Below, piece by piece: positions 57,099 to 64,000 of a DNA stretch of 64,000 nt. Source of the stretch: an uncultured Bacteroidota bacterium (GTDB lineage Bacteria; Bacteroidota; Ignavibacteria; UBA10030; UBA8401); contig CAVYWA010000011.1 in the NCBI GenBank assembly GCA_963772165.1, forward strand, positions 229,639-293,638, written 5' to 3'. The notes beneath the pieces were generated by a model. That model made no database searches. It was not told where the DNA came from and saw nothing but the letters and a program-made list of their open reading frames with translations. The translations under genes and the position numbers were made by a program. Numbering within the stretch: the stretch's first letter is position 1; the number at the start of each line of letters is the position of its first letter.

Positions 57099-59502
57099 AT
57101 GAGAAACCTTTCGGCAGTTTTGTTCGCGGCTCTTCTTGCCGCCTCCTGTTCAACGATTCCGACAAATACCGTCCAGCAGCTCCCTGGAAAAATGGAGGAC
57201 GGCAGAACACTTTTGCCAAACGGATGGATCCTTTCTCCCGCGGGGTCTTCCATCGACCTTGGCGACCTTCCTTTGGGAATGCAGGTTTCGCCCGATGGAA
57301 AGTTTGCTGTCATCGTGAACAGCGGAGAAGGGAAGCAAACCATCTCGCTTGTTGATATCCACGCACAACGCGTCGTCCAAACGTTGCCGATCAAAAAATC
57401 GTGGATGGGAGTTCGCTTCGACGGTAAAGGAGATAGAATTTTTGTCTCGGCTGGAAACGACAATGGAATACATGAATATGTGTTTGAACACGACTCCGCA
57501 TCGTACCTCCGGACCGTCGAGCTTGGCAAACCCTTTCCTAAGGAGGATATCTCGCCTACCGATATAATAATAAACAGCAAAGATTCTCTCCTTTATGTCG
57601 TGACGAAGGGAAATAACTCGCTCTATAAAATTGATGCGTCCAGCGGTAAGATTTTAGGAGCGCTGGCATTCTCACATCCTTTGTATTCCTGTGCGATCGA
57701 CGAAAAGCGGCATCTTGTGTACGTAAGTGTGTGGGGTGCATCTCGGATCGCCGTTGTGGATGCCGATTCGATGGCCGCAAAGAAATTCATTCCTGTCGGC
57801 GATCATCCGAATGAGATGGCTCTAACAACGGACGGCAAACGGCTCTTTGTTGCCAATGCAAACTTCAATACGGTTTCTGTTATCGGGCTCGATGCGATGA
57901 AAGTGATCGAAACAATATCGACATCGGTCTCGCCGAACGCCCTCAATGGGAGCACGCCGAACTCGATCGCACTTTCTCCCGATAACTCGACCTTGTATGT
58001 CGCTAATGCCGACAATAATTTTCTGGCAGTGATCGATGTTGAGAAATTTGGCGAGAGCCGCTCGAAGGGATTTATACCCACCGGATGGTATCCGACGGTT
58101 GTCCGCTGCGTCGATCATCTCCTCCTGGTTGCCAATGGGAAAGGAATGATATCGAAGGCGAATCCCCACCACGAATATATCGCAAGCCTACTGCAGGGGA
58201 CATTGTCGTTCATCCCTGTTCCGGCAAAAGAAGAATTGGCAAAGTACTCAGCTCAAGTTTTTCAAAATACGCCTCTCACGCGGACACACCCTGCTCAGGC
58301 TTGGGACGAAGAAAACCCTGTCCCGAAATCGGCGTCAACCCGGTTCCCTATCAAGCATGTTTTTTACGTCATCAAAGAGAACCGAACGTACGACCAGGTC
58401 TTCGGCGATTTGTCACAAGGGAACGGCGACTCAGCTCTTTGCCTTTTTGGCCGCGATGTCACGCCGAATCATCATGCGCTGGCGGAAGAGTTTGCGCTGC
58501 TCGACAATTATTATGAAGACGCCGAAGTCAGCGCTGACGGACACAATTGGTCGATGGCGGCGTACGCTACAGATTTTGTAGAAAAGACCTGGCCCACATT
58601 CTACGGCGGCCGCGGCGGAGAGTATGTGTATGAAGGGGAGGGAATCACAAGCCCGAGCGCCGGATATATTTGGGACGATTGTGTCAGGCACAACGTTTCG
58701 TTGAGAAACTACGGCGAATTCGTCGATGAGGATGATACGGCAAACGGGGTGTCGCGTGTGAAGGCATCCGGATTGTTGAACAGGACGTCTCCAAGCTACC
58801 GGGGTTGGGACTTAGACTATTCTGACGTGAAGCGCGCAGATGCCTGGCTGCAAAGAATTCGATGCGTACGATACGGGCGACTCGCTGCCGCAATTTCAGA
58901 TTATCAAATTGCCGAACGACCATACTGCAGGAACGAGAAAGGGCTCTCTCTCGCCGCGTGCAATGGTGGCGCAGAATGACCGGGCTCTCGGAATGATCGT
59001 TGAGCGAATTTCACACAGCAGGTTCTGGAAAGAATCGGCCATTTTTGTCCTCGAAGACGATGCGCAGAATGGGCCCGACCACGTCGACGCTCACCGTTCG
59101 ATTGCGCTCGTTGTAAGCCCGTACACAAAGCGGAACTACGTCGACCATACGATGTATTCAACTTCGGGTATGCTTCGCACGATGGAATTGATCCTCGGGC
59201 TTCCACCGATGAGCCAGTATGATGCGAGTGCAACGCCGATGTTTGCTTCGTTCTCGCCGTCGCCGGATATCACGCCGTTCATCGCACACAAAAACATCAT
59301 CGATCTTCAGGAGAAAAATGCGCTTGGAGCGTACGGGCAGGAGAGAATGGAGGCATTCAATCTTTCCAGAGAAGACCAGGTGCCCGACAATGAATTTAAC
59401 GAGATCATCTGGAAGTCGGTAAAAGGGGCGGTATCAGAAATGCCCGCACCGGTTCACAGCACTTTTATAATAACGGGAGAGAGCGGCGACGATGATAATT
59501 GA
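57099..59502 (+). pseudogene. YncE-like beta-propeller fused to a phosphoesterase (phospholipase C/acid phosphatase family), interrupted by a +1 frameshift
   Basis: ORFs 57099-58979 and 58840-59502 overlap. Reading ...DVKRADAWLQ then EFDAYDTGDSLPQFQIIKLPNDHTAG... is restored by deleting one A of AAA (58852-58854). The motifs FYVIKENRTYDQVFGD and EDDAQNGPDHVDAHRS are present. Confidence 0.75.
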
Positions 59503-59519
59503 GTCCCGGCGTGCACTTG

Positions 59520-60068
59520 ATGAATAATTTTATCCGCACCATCGACCGATCGTTGACGTTCAAACAGGTCCTCTGGTTCATTCCAATCGTTCTGACGTTG
59601 CATAATATCGAAGAGGCACTGACGATGCCCACGTGGGTGATGGCTCATCTGCCGCTTATCAAAGAGAGTTTGCCGCTCACTATTGACATCCGCTTTACTC
59701 CAACGCAGATCCTTCTTTCTCTCTTTCTTGCTACGGCAGTGCCGTTCATCGTGACGATGCTGTGTGTCAATGGGGAAAAACGGAGCGGAAAATTAACTCT
59801 TCTCTTTCTGCTTCAGGCGATCGTGTTGCTCAACGTTTTTATTCCACACATTGCTGCATCGGTGAGGATGAAACAGTACAATCCCGGAGTTATCACCGCC
59901 GTTTGCTTCAACCTTCCTTTTTCCATTTATATATTCCGCAGAGCGTTCCGGGAAAAGTATCTCGTCTCGCGGGAATTCGCTTTGTTGTTCGTGCTTGCGC
60001 TGCTTGTCTACGGTCCAGTCGCATGGACACTTCACTTTGCAGGCGAATGGATGGCAAAGGCTTTCTGA
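59520..60068 (+). CDS. HXXEE-domain membrane protein
   Basis: The HNIEE motif sits in the first helix (IPIVLTLHNIEEALTMP). About 5 TM helices are present. Confidence 0.65.
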   Translation: MNNFIRTIDRSLTFKQVLWFIPIVLTLHNIEEALTMPTWVMAHLPLIKESLPLTIDIRFTPTQILLSLFLATAVPFIVTMLCVNGEKRSGKLTLLFLLQAIVLLNVFIPHIAASVRMKQYNPGVITAVCFNLPFSIYIFRRAFREKYLVSREFALLFVLALLVYGPVAWTLHFAGEWMAKAF

Positions 60069-60146
60069 CCTCTGCCACCACGCTTGATCTTGCGCATCAA
60101 AAAAAGTATTTTGATGAGAGAGTAAACACTGAGGAGAAACAGCCTT

Positions 60147-61592
60147 ATGACCGTCGCCGTTGGAATGCCAGAACCCGTTCGAAACGTGGATAGCGATGAA
60201 ATTACTATTCATACCATTCGAAAGTACATTGTCGGAATCAATGAGGTTATTCCCCTTCTCGGCGGAGTGCGCAGGCCGTATATCAACCTCGACAATGCCG
60301 CAAGCACGCCGACAATTTCGGTCATCACGGATAAAGTGAACGAATTTTTGAAGTGGTACTCGAACGTTCATCGCGGCACGGGGTTCAAGTCGAAATTATC
60401 GTCGTGGGTTTTTGAAGAAGCGCGTGATACGATCGCAAAATTCGTTAACGCTGACCTCTCCGACAGCGTCGTATTGTTCTGTAAGAATACGACTGAAGCG
60501 ATCAACAAGCTTGCCCATCGGTTTGCGTTCCAGCCCGGCGATGTCGTGCTGACGTCGGTGATGGAGCACCATTCCAATGAACTGCCGTGGCGGAAAGTCG
60601 CCCATGTTATACACATCGACGTTACTCCGGACGGCCGCATCGACGAAAAAGATTTCAAAGAAAAAATCGCGCAACATGGTTCGCGTATTAAATTGATCGC
60701 TGTGAGCGGGGCTTCGAACGTTACGGGGTTCATCAACCCGGTGCACACCTATGCGCGATGGGCGCACAGCGTCGGAGCGAAAATTATGGTTGATGCCGCG
60801 CAGCTCGTTCCTCACCGCCCCGTCGATATGAAGATGAAAAACGATCCCGAGCATCTCGACTATATTGCATTCTCAGCGCACAAAATGTACGCCCCGTTCG
60901 GCGTCGGCGTGCTGGTCGGATGCCGGCAAACGTTTGAAGAGGGGGACCCTGAATATGTCGGCGGGGGTACGGTCGATATCGTGAATCTGGAAAATGCGTA
61001 TTGGACGGACCTGCCGGACAAGGAAGAGGCTGGTACACCGGATATCGTCGGGGCGGTGGCCTTGGCACAGGCGATCCGGGTTCTAGAAAAGATCGGATGG
61101 AGCGATATCATCGAGCACGAAGCGTCGCTGACACGCTATGCACTCGAGAAGTTAAAGAGAATTCCGGGAGTTTCACTCTATGGCGACAAAGACGCCGCTC
61201 ACTCTCATGATCGGCTCGGTGTCATCACCTTTAACGTTAACAGCCTCAGCCATGCGCTCGTCGCGGCGATCTTAAGTTACGAGTGGGGCATCGGAACGAG
61301 GAACGGCTGTTTCTGCGCTCACCCGTATGTGAAATGTCTGCTCAATGTTGATGAAAAAGAATCGAAAGATATGGAGCAGCGCATTCTTGCCCGCGACCGC
61401 TCCACGCTTCCCGGCTTTGTCCGCGCCAGTTTCGGCATCTATAATACGAAGGAAGAAGTCGACGTGCTGTGCGAGGCACTCTCCTCGATTGCGAAAGGAA
61501 ATTACCGCAGCGGATATGTGTTGAATAAAGAACGAGGTGAGTATTACCGTACGGATACGGTTGATGAGTTCGAGAAGTATTTTGCGATCTAG
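60147..61592 (+). CDS. Class V aminotransferase / cysteine desulfurase-like PLP enzyme
   Basis: The motifs NLDNAASTP and SAHKMYAPFGVGVL (PLP lysine) are present, and the protein is 481 aa. Confidence 0.85.
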   Translation: MTVAVGMPEPVRNVDSDEITIHTIRKYIVGINEVIPLLGGVRRPYINLDNAASTPTISVITDKVNEFLKWYSNVHRGTGFKSKLSSWVFEEARDTIAKFVNADLSDSVVLFCKNTTEAINKLAHRFAFQPGDVVLTSVMEHHSNELPWRKVAHVIHIDVTPDGRIDEKDFKEKIAQHGSRIKLIAVSGASNVTGFINPVHTYARWAHSVGAKIMVDAAQLVPHRPVDMKMKNDPEHLDYIAFSAHKMYAPFGVGVLVGCRQTFEEGDPEYVGGGTVDIVNLENAYWTDLPDKEEAGTPDIVGAVALAQAIRVLEKIGWSDIIEHEASLTRYALEKLKRIPGVSLYGDKDAAHSHDRLGVITFNVNSLSHALVAAILSYEWGIGTRNGCFCAHPYVKCLLNVDEKESKDMEQRILARDRSTLPGFVRASFGIYNTKEEVDVLCEALSSIAKGNYRSGYVLNKERGEYYRTDTVDEFEKYFAI

Positions 61593-61764
61593 GACCGTTG
61601 CTAAAAATAGAACATATGTGTTTCCTTCCTTGCCTTCCCCGCTCGTGTGATAATTTTCTTCCCTTATCAGCGAAGGGATATGGATGGGCCAGCAAGTTGT
61701 TTAGAATAAGAATTTCTTACCGCAGACAGTTTATGCGAGTTTTCATGAAAAGCACTATAGCACT

Positions 61765-62961
61765 ATGAACCCTAAAAAACTTTCTCTCGCAACAAAGGCG
61801 ATTCACGGAAAAAAACTTCACCCGTATAAAGGGCCCGTGTCGCTTCCGATTTATCAAACGTCTACATACCGGTTCGACAGTTCCGACGATGCGATCCGGT
61901 ACGCTAACGGCGATACGTCGGTCTATGTCTATTCACGCTACCACAATCCTACCGTACACGATGTTGAGGAGAAAATCGCATTGATGGAGGAGGGGGAAGC
62001 CGCGGCACTCTTTGCGTCCGGGATGGCCGCAATCTCTACAACCGTCCTGGCCTGTGTTCACGCCGGCGAAGAAATCGTCAGCACGCCCGCGTTGTATGGG
62101 GGCACATACCGTTTCTTCCGCGATACGCTGCCGGATACTGGTATCGCCGTGCACTACGTCGACTCAAGTGATCTTGCAAGTCTCGACAAGCGCATCACGA
62201 AGAAAACCAGGCTTGTGTACTTTGAAACGCCAACAAACCCGACCCTCGACATTGTGGATATCGAGCGCATTGTGACACACGTGAAAAAAGCCGAGAAAAA
62301 ATATCATACACGAATCCTGACGATGATCGACAACACGTTTGCATCATGTTTGAATCAGAAGCCGTTTGATGCCGGCGTCGATATCGTGATGGAAAGCGCG
62401 ACGAAATATTTGGGGGGGCACAGCGATATCCTCGCGGGTGTCGTGGTCGGCACGCAAACGATCATCGACAAGATAAAAGTAACGGCGAAATATCTCGGCG
62501 GCTGCGCCGACCCTTTTATGGCATACCTTCTGTTCAGAAGCTTAAAGACGTTCGAACTTCGCGTTCAGCGGCAGAATGAAAATGCGCTCAGGCTTGCACA
62601 AACGTTGGAACGGCATCCGAAAATACTGCGCGCCATTTACCCCGGTTTGCCTTCTCATCCGCACCATGCTCTCGCAAAAAAACAAATGACGGGATTTGGG
62701 GGAATGGTCACAATTGAAGTTCGCGGCGGCGTAAAAGCTGCTGTGAAAGTCTGTGATGCGCTCAATGTCGCGGTGAACGCAATGTCGCTCGGCGCTGTCG
62801 AAACGCTCGTCAGCATTCCGGTCTATTCATCGCACGTCAACATGTCGAACAGGGAGTTACAGCAGCATGGTGTAACTCCGGGGATGATTCGCATCTCCGT
62901 TGGCGTCGAGGGAATCGATGATCTGATTTCGGATTTTGAACAAGCGTTGAAGAGAGTATAA
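61765..62961 (+). CDS. Cys/Met-metabolism PLP enzyme (methionine gamma-lyase / cystathionine gamma-synthase family)
   Basis: The motifs YSRYHNPT and ESATKYLGGHSD (PLP lysine) are present, and the protein is 398 aa. Confidence 0.9.
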   Translation: MNPKKLSLATKAIHGKKLHPYKGPVSLPIYQTSTYRFDSSDDAIRYANGDTSVYVYSRYHNPTVHDVEEKIALMEEGEAAALFASGMAAISTTVLACVHAGEEIVSTPALYGGTYRFFRDTLPDTGIAVHYVDSSDLASLDKRITKKTRLVYFETPTNPTLDIVDIERIVTHVKKAEKKYHTRILTMIDNTFASCLNQKPFDAGVDIVMESATKYLGGHSDILAGVVVGTQTIIDKIKVTAKYLGGCADPFMAYLLFRSLKTFELRVQRQNENALRLAQTLERHPKILRAIYPGLPSHPHHALAKKQMTGFGGMVTIEVRGGVKAAVKVCDALNVAVNAMSLGAVETLVSIPVYSSHVNMSNRELQQHGVTPGMIRISVGVEGIDDLISDFEQALKRV

Positions 62962-62964
62962 AGG

Positions 62965-63420
62965 CGAACCGCTAAGACGCAAAGCTCGCCAAGGGGGGCG
63001 TATGAATGAACCAAGCGAGGAGCTGGATTTTTTTGCTCATGGTGTGATCGGGGTCGCGATTGAGGTGCACCGTCTGCTCGGTCCGGGATCTCTGGAATCG
63101 GTGTATGAAGAGGCGCTGGCGATTGAAATGAACCTGCGCGAGATTCCGTTTACCCGGCAGGTTGTTGTCGGCGTAAATTATAAGAATAATATTGTAGGCA
63201 AGGGGAAATTGGATTTTTTGATTGGGGGCCAGCTCATCGTTGAACTAAAGGCTGTTGAAATCGTGGCTCCAATCCATTCCGCTCAATTATTGTCTTACGT
63301 AAAGACGACAGGTCGTCATCTGGGGTTGCTGATAAACTTCAACACTCCGATTCTTAAGAGTGGAATGAAGAGAATCATACTCTCCTGACCTTTTGGCGAT
63401 CTTGTCGGTTTTGCGGTTCG
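62965..63420. other. Cassette-like unit: GxxExxY gene bracketed by imperfect inverted repeats of about 30 nt
   Basis: The left arm is CGAACCGCTAAGACGCAAAGCTCGCCAAGG (62965-62994). The right arm is CCTTTTGGCGATCTTGTCGGTTTTGCGGTTCG (63389-63420). The terminal 8-mers and the TCGCCAA/TTGGCGA blocks are exactly complementary. Confidence 0.7.
63002..63388 (+). CDS. GxxExxY protein (PD-(D/E)XK nuclease-like superfamily)
   Basis: 128 aa. The eponymous GSLESVY motif is present, along with LDFLIGGQLIVELKAV (the D...E.K pattern). Confidence 0.9.
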   Translation: MNEPSEELDFFAHGVIGVAIEVHRLLGPGSLESVYEEALAIEMNLREIPFTRQVVVGVNYKNNIVGKGKLDFLIGGQLIVELKAVEIVAPIHSAQLLSYVKTTGRHLGLLINFNTPILKSGMKRIILS

Positions 63421-63483
63421 ACATTTTCCCTCTGGAATTCCTTTCCATTTTTTTTTATATTGTTGCACCACTAACGTAGGCGA

Positions 63484-64000
63484 ATGAAATTTATTCCATC
63501 GTATATTCCGCTGTATAAATCCGGTGAACTGCAACGGCGATCGGAACGGCTCGATGCCTTGCTCGAGTCGTGCACCGTTTGTCCGCACGATTGCGGAAAC
63601 AATCGCCTGAACAACGAGCTTGCGCGCTGCTATTCCGGCTATCTGCCGGTTGTCTCGTCGTATTGCCAGCATTTCGGCGAGGAACCCGCCCTCGGAGGCG
63701 CATACGGAGTTGGGAATATTTTTCTCGGCAACTGCAACTTGCGCTGCGTTTACTGCCAGAATTTTCAAATCAGCCAGAACTGGAAAGCGGAACGAATCAA
63801 TGAAGTGACGTTCGAGCGGATGGCCGGGATGATGCTTGAGCTTCAGGCCAAAGGCGTACATGCTATCGGTTTTGTTTCGCCAACACATTTTGTCCCGCAA
63901 ATCGTACGCGCCCTGTCGATTGCCGTCCCGCAGGGACTGGAGCTGCCCCTCATTTACAATACCAATGCTTACGACTCAGTTGAAGTGCTAAGACTCCTCG
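63484..64000 (+). CDS. Radical SAM protein (PflX-like activating-enzyme family), 5' partial; runs off the right edge
   Basis: The ATG at 63484 opens a frame that stays open to the window end. It translates MKFIPSYIPLY...CTVCPHDCG...GNCNLRCVYCQN, which contains the CxxxCxxC motif. This ORF is absent from the supplied track because it is unterminated. Confidence 0.85.
   Translation, partial: MKFIPSYIPLYKSGELQRRSERLDALLESCTVCPHDCGNNRLNNELARCYSGYLPVVSSYCQHFGEEPALGGAYGVGNIFLGNCNLRCVYCQNFQISQNWKAERINEVTFERMAGMMLELQAKGVHAIGFVSPTHFVPQIVRALSIAVPQGLELPLIYNTNAYDSVEVLRLL

Noticed and set aside
61593-61764. Possible SAM-type riboswitch in the 172-nt leader of the Cys/Met PLP enzyme gene. The candidate sequence is CTTATCAGCGAAGGGATATGGATGGGCCAGC...GAATAAG.
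   Set aside because: The CTTATC...ATAAG pairing and the GGGA..GGCC words recall SAM-I. However, the segment is only about 50 nt and lacks the four-way junction elements I can recall. I cannot match it to SAM-II, SAM-V or SAM-VI from memory. It needs cmscan and should not be claimed.
1-64000. CRISPR arrays, prophage or IS elements, toxin-antitoxin pairs, or recognisable defence-system genes.
   Set aside because: I saw no regularly spaced direct repeats and no transposase, integrase or reverse-transcriptase motifs. The only nuclease-like accessory gene is the GxxExxY ORF, reported separately.

Overview
This 64 kb window is mostly housekeeping DNA from a Gram-negative bacterium. It is probably FCB-group or Ignavibacteria-like, an inference from a T9SS C-terminal sorting domain, Omp85, LPS and Kdo genes, and the tig-clpP-clpX order. 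I support about 50 protein-coding genes and found no rRNA, tRNA or CRISPR array.

Gene content runs in this order:
- rnc (3' end), gcvP, a CoA-binding protein, an Omp85-like protein and rsmE.
- clpX-clpP-tig on the minus strand, then an M14 peptidase, tmk and a Yip1-like membrane protein.
- priA-larC-waaA on the minus strand, then a sugar nucleotidyltransferase, metK-ahcY and gpx.
- hisD-hisC, etfBA, a DUF151 nuclease and pdxJ.
- From about 32.7 to 53.7 kb, a large and visibly more A+T-rich glycan/LPS-type region. It holds a YfhO-like protein, a Wzx-like flippase, a C-methyltransferase, a GMD-like SDR, GT2, GT4 and GT9 genes, a T9SS cargo gene, kdsC and a DegT aminotransferase.
- A PDZ-GAF-PP2C sensor phosphatase and an ECF sigma/anti-sigma/TlpA module.
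- A beta-propeller-phosphoesterase gene, then sulfur/PLP enzymes.

The observations most worth a second look are:
1. A self-contained promoter-to-terminator unit of two BMC-domain shell proteins, with no microcompartment enzymes or vertex protein nearby. One of the two carries a C-terminal HeH/Rho_N-like tail and an atypical pore loop.
2. At least eight intergenic imperfect-palindromic elements from several motif families. One pair of arms brackets a GxxExxY (PD-(D/E)XK-like) gene exactly. Related gene-less copies sit directly after stop codons or in divergent promoter regions.
3. A secreted beta-helix (bactofilin-like) module fused to a POTRA-less Omp85-type barrel.
4. A GMD-like SDR whose catalytic residues are altered.
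5. Two genes each broken by a +1 frameshift in a 3-nt homopolymer.

All functional calls rest on motif recognition by eye. No database search was run.
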